A program made the translations under genes and the position numbers. Shown one piece after another: positions 1-11,294 of a stretch of DNA of 64,000 bases. The stretch is taken from the NCBI GenBank assembly GCA_947085475.1, contig CAMTWP010000009.1, forward strand, positions 124 through 64,123, read 5' to 3'. The DNA is from an uncultured Novosphingobium sp. (GTDB taxonomy: Bacteria > Pseudomonadota > Alphaproteobacteria > Sphingomonadales > Sphingomonadaceae). Position 1 is the first letter of the stretch. Every line of letters starts with the position of its first letter. The notes below the pieces were generated by a model, which worked only from the letters and a program-made list of their open reading frames with translations, was not told where the DNA came from and did not search any database.

Positions 1-3000
1 AGGAGCTCAAAGCCAACCTCGCCAACACCAAGCCTTACAAGCAGTGGATCGAAAACCTGCGCATCCGCCTGGACGACGTGGAAACGCCGGTGGCCGGGGA
101 ATCCGCGCAGGAGCTGCCGATCGGCCAGACCGAACCACAGTCCACCGGCAGCGAGCGCGTGGCGCCCGAGCTGCTGGACCGCCAGCAGGCCTTTGGCTAC
201 ACCCAGGAAGACCTCAAGTTCCTGATCAGCCCGATGGCGGCCAACGGCGAAGAAGGCATTGGCTCCATGGGCAACGACAGCCCGCTCGCGGTGCTGTCCG
301 ACAAGGACAAGCCGCTCTACAACTACTTCAAGCAACTGTTTGCGCAGGTGACGAACCCGCCGATCGATCCGATCCGCGAAGAATTGGTGATGTCGCTGGT
401 AAGCATGATCGGGCCGCGCCCGAACCTGCTTGGACAAGACGCTGGCAGCCACAAGCGCCTTGAAGTCGATCAGCCGATCCTGACCAACGAAGACATCGCC
501 AAGATCCGCTCGGTTGAAGCGGCGCTTGATGGTGCGTTCCGTACCGGCACGATTGACACGACCTGGGCCGCTTCGTCCGGGGCTGATGGTCTTGAAATGG
601 CGATCAAGGAAATGTGCTGGGCCGCCACCGAAGCGGTGCTGGCTGACAAGAACATCCTGATCCTGTCGGACCGTGGCCAGAACGAAGATCGCATTCCCAT
701 GCCAGCGGCGCTGGCCACGGCTGCGGTGCACCAGCATCTGGTGCGTCAGGGCCTGCGCATGCAGACCGGCCTTGTCGTTGAAACCGGCGAAGCGCGCGAA
801 GTGCATCACTTCTGCGTGCTGGCAGGCTATGGCGCTGAAGCGATCAACCCGTACCTCGCGCTGGAAACGCTGGAGCAAATCCGCGTTGCCAAGGAACTGC
901 CGCTTGAGCCCAAGGATGTAAAAAAGAACTACATCAAGGCCATCGGCAAAGGCATCCTCAAGGTCATGTCCAAGATGGGCATTTCGACCTACCAATCCTA
1001 CTGCGGCGCTCAGATCTTCGACGCGGTCGGCTTGTCGAGCGAATTCATCGAAGCATACTTCACCGGTACGGCCACCAGCATCGAAGGCGTTGGCCTTAAG
1101 GAAGTCGCGGAAGAAACCGTGCGCCGTCACGCTACGGCCTATGGCAACAACCCGATTTACAAGAAGATGCTCGATGTTGGCGGCATGTACCAACTGCGCT
1201 TGCGCGGTGAGGAACACGCTTGGACGGCATCTAACATTGCCAACCTGCAACACGCGGTGCGCGGCAATACGTCTGAAAAGTACAAGGAATTTGCCCAGTC
1301 GATCAACGATCAGTCCGAACGTCAATTGACCATTCGCGGGCTGATGGAATTGAAGAAGGCTGATCAGCCTATCGACATTTCCGAAGTTGAACCCGCCAGC
1401 GAAATCGTCAAGCGTTTCGCCACGGGCGCAATGAGCTATGGCTCGATCAGTTGGGAAGCGCACACCACGCTGGCTGTGGCGATGAACCGTATTGGTGGCA
1501 AATCGAACACCGGCGAAGGCGGTGAAGATCCTTCGCGGTTCAAGCCGATGGCCAATGGCGATTCCATGCGCTCGGCGATCAAGCAGGTCGCTTCGGGCCG
1601 CTTCGGCGTGACCGCAGAATACCTCGTCAATGCTGACGATGTTCAGATCAAGATGGCGCAGGGCGCAAAGCCCGGCGAAGGTGGTCAGTTGCCGGGCGAC
1701 AAGGTCGACAAGACCATTGGCAAGACGCGCCACTCCACACCGGGTGTCGGCCTGATTTCGCCGCCGCCGCACCACGACATCTACTCAATCGAAGATCTCG
1801 CGCAGCTCATTCACGATCTCAAGAACGTGAACACGGGCGCGCGCATTTCGGTCAAACTGGTGTCTGAAGTGGGCGTTGGCACGGTGGCTGCGGGCGTTTC
1901 GAAGGCGCGCGCCGATCACGTGACGATTTCGGGCTACGAAGGCGGCACGGGCGCATCGCCGCTCACCTCGCTGACGCACGCAGGGTCGCCATGGGAAATC
2001 GGCCTTGCTGAAACCCAGCAGACGCTGTTGCTCAACAACTTGCGCAGCCGTATTTGCGTGCAGGCCGATGGCGGCATCCGCACCGGACGCGACGTTGCGG
2101 TTGCTGCGCTGCTTGGCGCCGATGAGTTCGGCTTTGCCACCGCACCGCTGATTGCGGCGGGCTGCATCATGATGCGCAAGTGCCACTTGAACACGTGTCC
2201 GGTCGGCGTTGCGACGCAAGACCCTGAGCTGCGCGCGCGCTTCACCGGTCAGCCGGAACATGTGATCAACTACTTCTTCTTCGTAGCTGAAGAATTGCGC
2301 GCGATCATGGCCGAGATGGGCTTCCGTACCATTGCCGAAATGGTCGGTCGGGTGGATCGCCTCGATACCAACAAGGCGATCCATCACTGGAAGCTTGAGG
2401 GCATCGATCTATCCAAGCTGCTGCACAAGGTTGAGCCGGTTGAGGGCACGACCCTGAACTGGAGCGGCACTCAGGATCACGGCCTCGAAGCGGCGCTTGA
2501 TCAAGACCTGATCAAGGCCAGTGCTGCGGCGCTGGACAGCGGGCAGGCTGTGCGTCTCGAACGCAGTGTGAACAACGTAAACCGCACGGTCGGCGCGATG
2601 CTTTCGGGCGTCGTTGCCAAGAAGTATGGCCACAAAGGCTTGGCCGACAACACCGTCCACGTCTCGTTCAAGGGCGTGGCAGGCCAGTCGTTCGGCGCAT
2701 TCCTTGCGCATGGGGTCACGCTCGATCTCGTCGGCGATGCCAATGACTATGTCGGCAAGGGCCTTTCAGGCGGCCGCGTGATCGTGCGCCCACCAGCGCA
2801 CGTTGAACGCGATCCGTCAGAGAACATCATCGTTGGCAATACCGTGCTGTACGGCGCAATTGCGGGCGAGGCTTACTTCAATGGCGTGGCCGGTGAACGC
2901 TTTGCGGTGCGCAATTCAGGCGCAGTAGCGGTGGTCGAAGGTACGGGCGATCATGGCTGCGAATACATGACCGGCGGTGTTGTTGCGGTGCTGGGCAAGA

Positions 3001-3395
3001 CTGGCCGCAACTTTGCCGCAGGCATGTCGGGCGGTGTCGCTTACGTCTATGACGTGGATGGCAACTTTGCTGACCTTGCCAACAAGGCGATGGTCGATCT
3101 TCTGCCAGTCTCGGCTGAGCGTGACGAAGACGATGGTGCAGGCCGTCCGCAACAACGCGGCGTTGACGTGTATGACTATGGCATGGGCGATATGCTCTAT
3201 CACGATGCAGAACGTTTGCGCATACTGGTCGAACGTCATCATCTCCATACCGGCAGCAAGCGGGCTCGCGAAATCCTCGACAATTGGGCTGAGGTTCTGC
3301 CGAAGTTCGTCAAGGTGATGCCGCGCGATTATGCGCGCGCCCTGCGCCAGATGGAGGCCGAGCGCCTCGAAGCTGCGTCCGTCGCGGCTGAATAA
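1..3395 (+). CDS. gltB: glutamate synthase large subunit, C-terminal ~1130 aa (5' end outside window)
   Basis: Frame is open from the window edge ([19 protein letters not shown] precedes the first Met at 78). Synthase/FMN domain motifs are present ([36 protein letters not shown]), followed by the C-terminal GXGXG domain. gltD follows 13 nt later. Confidence 0.95.
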   Translation, partial: ELKANLANTKPYKQWIENLRIRLDDVETPVAGESAQELPIGQTEPQSTGSERVAPELLDRQQAFGYTQEDLKFLISPMAANGEEGIGSMGNDSPLAVLSDKDKPLYNYFKQLFAQVTNPPIDPIREELVMSLVSMIGPRPNLLGQDAGSHKRLEVDQPILTNEDIAKIRSVEAALDGAFRTGTIDTTWAASSGADGLEMAIKEMCWAATEAVLADKNILILSDRGQNEDRIPMPAALATAAVHQHLVRQGLRMQTGLVVETGEAREVHHFCVLAGYGAEAINPYLALETLEQIRVAKELPLEPKDVKKNYIKAIGKGILKVMSKMGISTYQSYCGAQIFDAVGLSSEFIEAYFTGTATSIEGVGLKEVAEETVRRHATAYGNNPIYKKMLDVGGMYQLRLRGEEHAWTASNIANLQHAVRGNTSEKYKEFAQSINDQSERQLTIRGLMELKKADQPIDISEVEPASEIVKRFATGAMSYGSISWEAHTTLAVAMNRIGGKSNTGEGGEDPSRFKPMANGDSMRSAIKQVASGRFGVTAEYLVNADDVQIKMAQGAKPGEGGQLPGDKVDKTIGKTRHSTPGVGLISPPPHHDIYSIEDLAQLIHDLKNVNTGARISVKLVSEVGVGTVAAGVSKARADHVTISGYEGGTGASPLTSLTHAGSPWEIGLAETQQTLLLNNLRSRICVQADGGIRTGRDVAVAALLGADEFGFATAPLIAAGCIMMRKCHLNTCPVGVATQDPELRARFTGQPEHVINYFFFVAEELRAIMAEMGFRTIAEMVGRVDRLDTNKAIHHWKLEGIDLSKLLHKVEPVEGTTLNWSGTQDHGLEAALDQDLIKASAAALDSGQAVRLERSVNNVNRTVGAMLSGVVAKKYGHKGLADNTVHVSFKGVAGQSFGAFLAHGVTLDLVGDANDYVGKGLSGGRVIVRPPAHVERDPSENIIVGNTVLYGAIAGEAYFNGVAGERFAVRNSGAVAVVEGTGDHGCEYMTGGVVAVLGKTGRNFAAGMSGGVAYVYDVDGNFADLANKAMVDLLPVSAERDEDDGAGRPQQRGVDVYDYGMGDMLYHDAERLRILVERHHLHTGSKRAREILDNWAEVLPKFVKVMPRDYARALRQMEAERLEAASVAAE

Positions 3396-3408
3396 GGGTT
3401 AGATTATC

Positions 3409-4842
3409 ATGGGTAAGGCAACCGGCTTTCTCGAAATCGACCGCAAGGACCGCACTTACGATGCGCCTTCGGAGCGACTGAAGCACTATCGCGAATTCGT
3501 CATCCCGCATGACGCATCGGGGCTGAAAGGTCAGGCGGCGCGCTGCATGAACTGCGGCATTCCGTACTGTCACAACGGCTGTCCGGTGAACAACCAGATC
3601 CCGGACTGGAACCACTTGGTCTATGAGAACGATTGGCGCGAAGCGTTGACCAATCTTCATTCGACCAACAATTTCCCTGAATTCACCGGCCGTATCTGTC
3701 CCGCTCCGTGCGAGGCTGCGTGCACCTTGAACATCGTTGACCAGCCGGTCACGATCAAGTCGATCGAATGCGCGATCGTCGACAAGGGGTGGAAAGAGGG
3801 TTGGATCGAGCCGCAGGTTGCCGCCAAGAAAACGGGTAAGTCGGTCGCTGTTGTCGGTTCTGGCCCCGCAGGCATGGCTGCGGCGCAGCAATTGGCACGC
3901 GCCGGTCACTCGGTCACGGTGTTCGAAAAGAGCGACCGGATCGGTGGCTTGATGCGCTACGGCATTCCTGACTTCAAGATGGAAAAGACGCACATCAACC
4001 GCCGCGCGATGCAGATGGAGGCCGAAGGCGTTCAGTTCCGCACTGGCGAGGAAGTTGGCGTAACCGTCTCATTCGCGTCATTACAGCAAAACTTCGATGC
4101 TGTGGTGCTTTCGGGCGGTGCGGAAGACCCGCGCGGGCTTGGCATTCCCGGCGCGGAACTGCCCAGCGTTCGCATGGCGATGGAATTTCTGACACAGCAG
4201 AACAAGCGCAATGCAGGCGACGATGAATTGCGCGCTGCGCCGCGCGGTTCGTTGCTCGCCACGGGCAAGCATGTTGTTGTCATTGGCGGCGGCGATACTG
4301 GTTCTGACTGTGTTGGCACATCGAACCGCCAAGGCGCGGCTTCGGTCACCCAATTGGAAATCATGCCCAAGCCGCCCGAAAAGGAAGACAAGGCGCTGAG
4401 CTGGCCCAATTGGCCGTTGAAGCTGCGCACGTCGTCGAGCCATGAAGAAGGCTGCGAGCGTGAATTTGCCGTGCTGACCAAGCGCGTGGTTGGCGAAAAC
4501 GACGTCGCTGGCCTCGAATGCGTCCACGTTGAGTGGGTAAATGGCCAGATGCAGGAAGTCGCCGGAAGCGAATTCACGATCAAGGCTGACCTGATCCTGC
4601 TCGCCATGGGCTTTGTCGGTCCGCGTAAACAGGGCCTGATCGAACAGGCTGGCGTTGAGCTTGACCCGCGCGGCAACGTCAAGGGCAATGTGGTTGATTA
4701 TAAGACCAGCGTCGAGAACGTCTTCGCTTGTGGCGATATGCGCCGCGGCCAAAGCCTCGTCGTCTGGGCCATTCGCGAAGGTCGCCAGTGTGCCCGCGCG
4801 GTGGACGAAGCCTTGATGGGTGTCAGCGAATTGCCGCGCTGA
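3409..4842 (+). CDS. gltD: glutamate synthase small subunit
   Basis: 477 aa. Has N-terminal Fe-S Cys clusters ([23 protein letters not shown]) and two dinucleotide folds ([23 protein letters not shown]). Classical position after gltB. Confidence 0.95.
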   Translation: MGKATGFLEIDRKDRTYDAPSERLKHYREFVIPHDASGLKGQAARCMNCGIPYCHNGCPVNNQIPDWNHLVYENDWREALTNLHSTNNFPEFTGRICPAPCEAACTLNIVDQPVTIKSIECAIVDKGWKEGWIEPQVAAKKTGKSVAVVGSGPAGMAAAQQLARAGHSVTVFEKSDRIGGLMRYGIPDFKMEKTHINRRAMQMEAEGVQFRTGEEVGVTVSFASLQQNFDAVVLSGGAEDPRGLGIPGAELPSVRMAMEFLTQQNKRNAGDDELRAAPRGSLLATGKHVVVIGGGDTGSDCVGTSNRQGAASVTQLEIMPKPPEKEDKALSWPNWPLKLRTSSSHEEGCEREFAVLTKRVVGENDVAGLECVHVEWVNGQMQEVAGSEFTIKADLILLAMGFVGPRKQGLIEQAGVELDPRGNVKGNVVDYKTSVENVFACGDMRRGQSLVVWAIREGRQCARAVDEALMGVSELPR

Positions 4843-4869
4843 TTTTCACCGCGACACAGAATTAAGAAA

Positions 4870-4897
4870 GGGGCGTCCGATGTGGCGCCCCTTTTTT
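4870..4897 (+). terminator. Rho-independent terminator of gltBD
   Basis: GGGGCG / CGCCCC stem with a 10-nt loop, followed by TTTTTT, 28 nt after the gltD stop. Confidence 0.8.
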
Positions 4898-4985
4898 GTT
4901 GCTGAACCGCGCGTTGTCCAGGCCAAGGCTGGGGCCGGTGTCGGAAGCGCGTAATCGCAAAAGTTGGGCACGAGTGAGAGGTAGT

Positions 4986-5094
4986 GGGCCCCGGCCTTCG
5001 CCGGGGTGACGGCGATATTTGACGGCATAATGCTTTGAACAAAGCTATCCAGAGTGCTTAACTCCACCCGTCATCCCGGCGAAGGCCGGGATCC
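4986..5094. repeat. inverted pair of REP-like hairpin repeats (CCCGGCGAAGGCCGGG core)
   Basis: Copy 1 is at 4986-5012 (GGGCCCCGGCCTTCGCCGGGGTGACGG). Copy 2 is at 5068-5094 (CCGTCATCCCGGCGAAGGCCGGGATCC), in opposite orientation. Each copy is itself a GC hairpin. Confidence 0.7.
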
Positions 5095-5192
5095 AATACG
5101 CCAGTGTGGCATCGCAAAAATAGCGCAATGGCGTGAGGTTAGAGACCGTGCCTTTGCCGAGGTGAGGCAATTCGGGATGCCGTTAAAAACGC

Positions 5193-6521
5193 TCAGCCAT
5201 CCGCCTCAACATCAACCACCACAGCAGCCTTGCGGCGGCTGACCAGCAGCTTGTCGATCTTGCGGCCGTCCATATCGACCACTTCAAAGCGCCAGCCCTG
5301 ATCGTGGAAGTGTTCGCCTTCGCTGGGCAGGCGTTTGAGCACGGACAGGCAGTAACCTGCGGTCGTGGCAAATTCCCGGTCGTCGGATAAGTCGAGGCCG
5401 AGCCGGTCAGCCAAAGCATCGGCGGGCAGCCCGCCGGAAATGAGCAACGAGCCGTCCTCGCGCTCAACCACCATCGGGCTATCGCCAGCATCGCCATGAC
5501 CGACAAAATTGCCCGCAATCGCAGCGAGCAAATCTGCCGGTGTGACGATGCCCTCAAGATGGCCGTATTCATCGTGGACCAGTGCAACGGCCACTTCGGC
5601 CTGCTGGATCATCGTCAGCGCGTCCATTGTGTCGAGTTGATCGGGCACGATGGCGGGCTTTTTCATCAAGCGGCCCAGCTGAACCTTCCGGCCGCGCAAC
5701 AATGTGGACAGCACATCGCGCACTTTGACAACGCCAACGATCTTGTCGACCGAACCATCGGCTACCAGCAGTAGCGAATGCGGACTGTCTTCGATGGCGG
5801 CGCGCAGTTCGATTTCGGGGGCGCGGCGTTCAATCCAGTGCAATTCGGTACGCGGCGTCATCACTTCGCGCACCGGGCGTTCAGCCAAGCGCATGATGCC
5901 ACTCATCAACGCGCGCTCTTCTTCCTCGATCACGCCAGAACGGGTCGCTTCGGCGAAGATCATGTGAAGTTCTTCGGCGGTTACGTCCTGATCGGTTGCT
6001 TGCTTAAGGCCCATCATCCGGATCAGCAGGCTTGATGATTTGTCGAGGGTCCAAACGAACGGCGCGGTAATCCGCGACATCATGGCCATGGCAGGAGCAG
6101 CGATCTTGGCGATGGGTTCAGCGGCGCGCAGCGCCAGTTGCTTGGGCACCAGTTCGCCGACGACCAAGCTGAGATACGTGGTGATTGCGATAACGATGGC
6201 GAAACCGGCGTCGTCGGCAAAACGTTCAGGCACGCCCCACACGATCAGGCGCTCAGCCGTAGGTCCGCCAAGGCTTGAACCTGAATAGGCGCCCGCGATG
6301 ATACCAACCAGCGTGATGCCTATTTGAACGGTTGAAAGAAATTTTCCGGGGTCAGCCGCAAGTTCGATTGCGATCTTGGCGCCTTTGCTGCCTTCTTCGG
6401 CGGCGACTTTCAGCCGCGCTGTGCGCGCAGAGACGATCGCCAGTTCCGACATGGAAAACAAGCCGTTGAGCACAACGAGGCCCAAAATGAGCAGTACATC
6501 GGACCAAGGATAAGGTGTCAC
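5193..6521 (-). CDS. DUF21/CBS/CorC_HlyC family membrane protein (hemolysin-like, TlyC/CorC type)
   Basis: N-terminal TM region with SMSELAIVSAR, a CBS pair, and a C-terminal transporter-associated domain. I place the start at GTG 6521; the maximal ORF reaches 6593. Confidence 0.85.
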   Translation of the reverse strand: MTPYPWSDVLLILGLVVLNGLFSMSELAIVSARTARLKVAAEEGSKGAKIAIELAADPGKFLSTVQIGITLVGIIAGAYSGSSLGGPTAERLIVWGVPERFADDAGFAIVIAITTYLSLVVGELVPKQLALRAAEPIAKIAAPAMAMMSRITAPFVWTLDKSSSLLIRMMGLKQATDQDVTAEELHMIFAEATRSGVIEEEERALMSGIMRLAERPVREVMTPRTELHWIERRAPEIELRAAIEDSPHSLLLVADGSVDKIVGVVKVRDVLSTLLRGRKVQLGRLMKKPAIVPDQLDTMDALTMIQQAEVAVALVHDEYGHLEGIVTPADLLAAIAGNFVGHGDAGDSPMVVEREDGSLLISGGLPADALADRLGLDLSDDREFATTAGYCLSVLKRLPSEGEHFHDQGWRFEVVDMDGRKIDKLLVSRRKAAVVVDVEADG

Positions 6522-6697
6522 GCTGGCTGCCCTAACAGATTTGAACGCAAAGGCGAAGGGGGCAGAAAAAGTTCCATATCGCGGCGGCTGCACAATCTGT
6601 TCGGGAACCGTTCAGTTAAATTGGGCTTATCTTAACTGTCAAAAGGGCTTTTCGTTGCTTATGATTGCGACGGAGTGTTGATCCAAGGGGACAGGAA

Positions 6698-7390
6698 ATG
6701 AATATTCGTCGCGTTATGATGTCGAGCGTTTGCGCGGTTTCGCTGATCGGCCTGTCGGCTTGCGTCACCGATCCCAACACGGGTGAAAGCAAAGTTTCAC
6801 GTACCGCGATTGGCGGCATCGGCGGCGCGCTTGGGGGCGCATTGCTGGGTGGTCTGATTGGTGGCAAGACCGGACGCATCGTGGGTGCAGGTCTCGGCGG
6901 CGTGGCAGGCGGTGTGATTGGCTATCAGAAAGACAAGCAGATCAAGGAACTGCGCGAACAGACCGCAGGCACCGGCATTGACGTTAGCGAAACCGATGGC
7001 GGCAATGCGATCCTCGTCAACTTGCCAAACGGCGTCACGTTCGATGTCGACAGTTCAACCGTGCGGCCTTCATTTGCTGCCACGCTTGATCGTGTTGCGC
7101 AGTCGTTGACGCAATACCCCAATTCGCTGATCGACGTTTACGGCCACACCGATTCGACGGGTTCGGATGCGTACAATCAGGCGCTGTCGGAACGTCGCGC
7201 CCGCGCCGTTGCTGATTACCTGACCTCGCGCGGTGTCGGCTATGCCCGCATCCGCAGCCAGGGCTTTGGCGAATCCCAACCAATCGCTTCGAACGACACC
7301 GAACAGGGCCGTTCGTCCAACCGCCGCGTCGAAATCAAGATCGTTCCGATCAGCCAGGATGATGTGAACGCTGCTCGCACCGGCAACTGA
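6698..7390 (+). CDS. OmpA-family lipoprotein with glycine-zipper region
   Basis: Lipobox LIGLSAC, a Gly-rich zipper (GGIGGALGGALLGGLIGG), and an OmpA C-terminal peptidoglycan-binding motif (GHTDSTGSDAYNQALSERRA...NRRVEI). ATG at 6698 preceded by GGA. Confidence 0.9.
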   Translation: MNIRRVMMSSVCAVSLIGLSACVTDPNTGESKVSRTAIGGIGGALGGALLGGLIGGKTGRIVGAGLGGVAGGVIGYQKDKQIKELREQTAGTGIDVSETDGGNAILVNLPNGVTFDVDSSTVRPSFAATLDRVAQSLTQYPNSLIDVYGHTDSTGSDAYNQALSERRARAVADYLTSRGVGYARIRSQGFGESQPIASNDTEQGRSSNRRVEIKIVPISQDDVNAARTGN

Positions 7391-7413
7391 TTCCTCTCTA
7401 TAGACAGAACAAG

Positions 7414-7444
7414 CGGCGTCGCTCTTTCGGGGCGGCGCCGTTTG
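7414..7444 (+). terminator. Rho-independent terminator
   Basis: CGGCGTCGC / GCGGCGCCG stem followed by TTTG, 24 nt after the OmpA-family stop. Confidence 0.65.
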
Positions 7445-7523
7445 CTATGTGGCACATACGATTCTCGGTTGACCACCAAGGCCCCCCACTGGCATCGGCT
7501 GTTCCAGCAGGAGACAATTCGAC

Positions 7524-8519
7524 ATGCCCATTCAACGCCGCGCGATCAACGGGCACCTGACCAATCCGGTTGGCCTTGGCTGTATGTCGCTGAGTTGGGC
7601 CTATGGTGGGCGGCCAAGCACCGAAGATGGTTTGCGACTGCTCCATCGTGCAATCGACATCGGCTACGATCATTTCGATACCGCGCGGCTCTATGGTTTG
7701 GGCCATAACGAAACGCAGGTTGGCAATGCGCTGAAAGGGCGGCGCGATAAAGTCTTCCTCGCATCGAAGATGGGCCTGTTTGCATCGGGCGAAAAGCGCG
7801 GGGTTGATTGCCATCCCGATACGATCCGCAGCGAAATCGAAATCTCGCTCAAGCTGCTGCAAACCGATCATATTGATTTGTATTACATGCACCGCCGCGA
7901 TTTTGCCGTGCCGATCGAAGATTCGGTGGCTGCGCTTGCCGACCTTGTGAAAGAAGGCAAGATCGGCAGCATTGGCTTGTCGGAAATGTCGGCGGACACT
8001 TTGCGCAAAGCCCATGCTGTTCACCCGATTGCAGCGATGCAGACCGAATATTCGCCGTGGACGCGGCAGGCGGAAATCGCCGTGCTGGATGCGTGCCGTG
8101 AACTTGGCACCACCTTCGTTGCGTTTTCACCGGTTGGCCGTGGGGCGCTGGCCAATGGCATAAGCGATCCCGATGCGTTGGAGGATACAGATATCCGCCG
8201 CGGGATGCCGCGCTTTATGGGCGATAACTGGCCGAAAAATCTGGCACTGATTCAGCAGTTCAATGCAATCGCGGCACGTGAATCTGTTACGCCTGCGCAA
8301 TTGTCCCTGGGGTGGGTGCTCTCGCGCGGAGATCACATCGTTGCGATCCCCGGCACGGCCAAGATCGCGCATCTGGAAGAGAACATTGCGCGTTGGGATT
8401 GGGAAATGCCCGTTGCCCTCGTCGCCGAAGTGGACGCACTTATCAATCAGCAGACCGTAGCTGGCCACCGCTATGCCGGGGCAATCAGGCCAACAATTGA
8501 AACTGAGGACTTTGCCTAA
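7524..8519 (+). CDS. aldo/keto reductase
   Basis: 331 aa. AKR motifs present (FDTARLYG, LYYMHRRD, GLSEMS, IPGT). AGGAGA RBS upstream of the ATG. Confidence 0.9.
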   Translation: MPIQRRAINGHLTNPVGLGCMSLSWAYGGRPSTEDGLRLLHRAIDIGYDHFDTARLYGLGHNETQVGNALKGRRDKVFLASKMGLFASGEKRGVDCHPDTIRSEIEISLKLLQTDHIDLYYMHRRDFAVPIEDSVAALADLVKEGKIGSIGLSEMSADTLRKAHAVHPIAAMQTEYSPWTRQAEIAVLDACRELGTTFVAFSPVGRGALANGISDPDALEDTDIRRGMPRFMGDNWPKNLALIQQFNAIAARESVTPAQLSLGWVLSRGDHIVAIPGTAKIAHLEENIARWDWEMPVALVAEVDALINQQTVAGHRYAGAIRPTIETEDFA

Positions 8520-8522
8520 GCT

Positions 8523-9305
8523 TTAGTCTGAGACGGACTTTGCGGCCCGGTCGGCCAAGCGTTCAATGGCGGCAGCGTGGATAGCAGGCGCTGTAACGAG
8601 CAGCCCGAACGCGCGAGGATCGCGTTTGTTGAACGAGATCGGTTTGCCGAACACGTCGCTGGCCGCAGCGCCTGCTTCGCGCGAGATTAGCGTGGCTGCG
8701 GCAATGTCCCATTCAAAGCCCCAGCGGATGGTGGCCAGCAGGTCAGCCTCATCCGCGCCGACCATGGCGATGCGCAGCGCGATGGAGTTGGGTTTATCGA
8801 CCGTGACAAGGTCCGAATCGATTCGCGCCAGACTATCGGCGGGAACGCGCGATCCTGCCAATTGCGCCCTGCTGCTGGCAATCAGCTTTTGTCCATTGCG
8901 GATCGCACCTTGTCCGGCAACGGCAGACCAATATTCGCCCCGAGCAGGCGCGCTGAGGATGCCGAGCAACGGTCGGCCTTCGCTGATCAGCGCCACGGAG
9001 ACGGACCAACCGGGCCGCCCGCGCACAAAATCGCGGGTGCCGTCAATCGGATCGACCAGCCAGCACAGGCCCTTGTCCAACCGCTCCGGGTGATCAACCG
9101 TTTCTTCGGAAAGCCAGCCAGCAGAAGGCAAAAGCGCGCCAAGTTCGCGTTTAAGGAAAGTGTCCACCGCGATATCGGCTTCGCATACCGGGCTGCCGGG
9201 GACCTTTTCCCATACCTTCAAAGCATGGCCATGGCCGGGCCATTGGGCGAGTGCCATGGCGCCAGCTTGGGCGACAATCTGGTTGAGGCGGTCGTGATCG
9301 ATCAT
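8523..9305 (-). CDS. inositol monophosphatase / 3'(2'),5'-bisphosphate nucleotidase (CysQ-like) family protein
   Basis: IMPase motifs present (WLVDPIDGTRDF, WDIAAA). Start chosen at ATG 9305 (MIDHDRL); the upstream part of the 335-aa ORF is R/C-rich and looks non-coding. Confidence 0.85.
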   Translation of the reverse strand: MIDHDRLNQIVAQAGAMALAQWPGHGHALKVWEKVPGSPVCEADIAVDTFLKRELGALLPSAGWLSEETVDHPERLDKGLCWLVDPIDGTRDFVRGRPGWSVSVALISEGRPLLGILSAPARGEYWSAVAGQGAIRNGQKLIASSRAQLAGSRVPADSLARIDSDLVTVDKPNSIALRIAMVGADEADLLATIRWGFEWDIAAATLISREAGAAASDVFGKPISFNKRDPRAFGLLVTAPAIHAAAIERLADRAAKSVSD

Positions 9306-9528
9306 GGTACTTTTAATCAGGTGGGCCTTCTTAAAGGGTGGCGCAAGACGCATTCCCCCTCGACTTTGGTTTAGGGAGGCGTTTAGGCCCCTTTTCAAGC
9401 TCTCTTCGCTGTGCTTTAGGCGTCGGGACTCAAAGCACCAACGGCGGTGCATACCTTTGCGCCAACGGCGGCGTTCGTTGGCTCGATTGGTCGCTCGGCC
9501 GGGGCCTATTGCATAGCGAGGATCACAC

Positions 9529-10728
9529 ATGAACGTTCATGAATATCAGGGCAAAGAACTCCTTGCGAAGTTTGGCGTTGGCATTCCGGCAGGTATCGCC
9601 GCATTGACGGTTGAAGAAGCCGTTGCAGCAGCCAAGCAACTTCCCGGACCGCTGTACGTGGTCAAGGCGCAGATCCACGCTGGTGGTCGCGGCAAGGGCA
9701 AGTTCAAGGAACTGCCAGCCGATGCCAAGGGCGGCGTGCGCCTGGCCAAGAGCATCGATGAAGTTGAAGCATTCGCCAAGGAAATGCTCGGCAACACGCT
9801 CGTCACCATCCAGACGGGTGAAGCTGGCAAGCAGGTTAACCGCCTGTACGTCACCGATGGCGTTGATATCGAAAAGGAATACTACCTTTCGATGGTTGTT
9901 GATCGCGGAACAAGCCGCATCGCGCTGATCGTGTCGACCGAAGGCGGCATGGACATTGAAGAAGTCGCGCATTCGACGCCAGAAAAGATCGCCACGATCA
10001 TCGTCGATCCGGTTGAAGGCTTCATGCCGCACCACGGCCGCGCTGTTGGCTTTGCGCTGGGTCTTTCGGGCGATCTGCACAAGCAGGCCGCCAAGATTGC
10101 TGGCCAGCTTTACAACGCATTCGTCGCGCTCGATTGCGACATGCTCGAAATCAACCCGCTGGTGGAAACGAAAGACGGTAACCTGCTGGTCCTCGACACC
10201 AAGATGAGCTTCGATTCGAACTCGCTCTATCGTCACCCCGACGTTTTCGCGCTTCGCGACGAAACTGAGGAAGATCCAGCTGAAATCGAAGCCAGCAAGT
10301 ACGACCTTGCGTACATCAAGCTGGATGGCAACATCGGCTGCATGGTGAACGGCGCTGGTCTTGCCATGGCGACGATGGACATCATCAAGCTGAACGGCGA
10401 ATTCCCAGCCAACTTCCTTGACGTGGGCGGCGGCGCCAACAAGGAAAAGGTCACCGCAGCGTTCAAGATCATTCTTCAGGATCCTGCCGTGAAGGGCATT
10501 CTCGTCAACATCTTTGGCGGGATCATGAAGTGCGACATCATCGCTGAGGGCATCGTTGCAGCGGCCAAGGAAGTGAACCTTTCGGTTCCGCTGGTCGTTC
10601 GCCTCGAAGGCACGAACGTCCAGCAGGGCAAGGACATTCTGGCAAACTCTGGTCTGCCAATCGTCGCTGCCAACGATCTCGGCGATGCCGCCAAGAAGAT
10701 CGTTGCTGAAGTGCGCGCGGTCGCCTGA
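9529..10728 (+). CDS. sucC: succinyl-CoA synthetase beta subunit
   Basis: 399 aa. [13 protein letters not shown]-terminus, ATP-grasp region, and a C-terminal CoA-ligase domain ([15 protein letters not shown]). Confidence 0.97.
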   Translation: MNVHEYQGKELLAKFGVGIPAGIAALTVEEAVAAAKQLPGPLYVVKAQIHAGGRGKGKFKELPADAKGGVRLAKSIDEVEAFAKEMLGNTLVTIQTGEAGKQVNRLYVTDGVDIEKEYYLSMVVDRGTSRIALIVSTEGGMDIEEVAHSTPEKIATIIVDPVEGFMPHHGRAVGFALGLSGDLHKQAAKIAGQLYNAFVALDCDMLEINPLVETKDGNLLVLDTKMSFDSNSLYRHPDVFALRDETEEDPAEIEASKYDLAYIKLDGNIGCMVNGAGLAMATMDIIKLNGEFPANFLDVGGGANKEKVTAAFKIILQDPAVKGILVNIFGGIMKCDIIAEGIVAAAKEVNLSVPLVVRLEGTNVQQGKDILANSGLPIVAANDLGDAAKKIVAEVRAVA

Positions 10729-10754
10729 CCTCTCGTATTACCGCGATAAGCAAA

Positions 10755-10782
10755 GGGGTGTCGGGCAACCGGCACCCCTTTT
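10755..10782. terminator. bidirectional hairpin between convergent sucC and GNAT genes
   Basis: GGGGTGTCGG-GCAA-CCGGCACCCC (10-bp stem, one mismatch), followed by TTTT. Confidence 0.75.
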
Positions 10783-10827
10783 GCGTTGGGGCTGGTGATA
10801 CAACCTATACTGCGATTTCACGTGCGG

Positions 10828-11292
10828 TCAGGCGATAGCCAGAGTCAGACACTGGCTAAAGTCGTCATTGGTGTAATCGGCAAAAGCCTCGCAGTTGACG
10901 AAGCCGTGTTTGCGGTAAAGGCTCAGCGCGGGTTCGAACGCTGGCCCTTGCCCTGTTTCAAGACTGACGCGCACATAACCGCGCGCCCTCGCCACATCCA
11001 GCAAGTGCAGCAGGATTGCCTCGCCCACACCTTTGCCCAGCCAATCCGGGGCGGTGCGCATCGATTTCAGCTCACCGTGGCTATCATCGATGCCTTTGAT
11101 AGCGCCCATTCCGGCAAGTTTACCGCCCACCCATGCCGAATAGAATGTGACACCGGGTTGCCGCAGCTTTTCCACCGGAAGGGCATGGACTTTGCAAGCG
11201 GGGGAACTGGCGTGCATTCCGGACAAATGCAATGCGACCAATTCGCGAATAGCTTCGCCAGCAAGATCATCCTCTGCAATCTGCAAATCCAC
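10828..11292 (-). CDS. GNAT family N-acetyltransferase
   Basis: 154 aa. Acetyl-CoA binding motif region present (RTAPDWLGKGVGEAIL...ARARGY). GTG start. Confidence 0.85.
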   Translation of the reverse strand: MDLQIAEDDLAGEAIRELVALHLSGMHASSPACKVHALPVEKLRQPGVTFYSAWVGGKLAGMGAIKGIDDSHGELKSMRTAPDWLGKGVGEAILLHLLDVARARGYVRVSLETGQGPAFEPALSLYRKHGFVNCEAFADYTNDDFSQCLTLAIA

Positions 11293-11294
11293 TC

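Noticed and set aside
8523-9530. Long N-terminal extensions of several ORFs in the track (8523-9530, 17608-18537, 30684-31490, 39130-39999, 44753-46006, 47784-48263, 58808-59755, 25235-26089)
   Set aside because: The extensions are Arg/Cys/Pro-rich, overlap intergenic signals, or lack homology-like sequence. Internal ATG or GTG codons that match the family N-termini were used instead.
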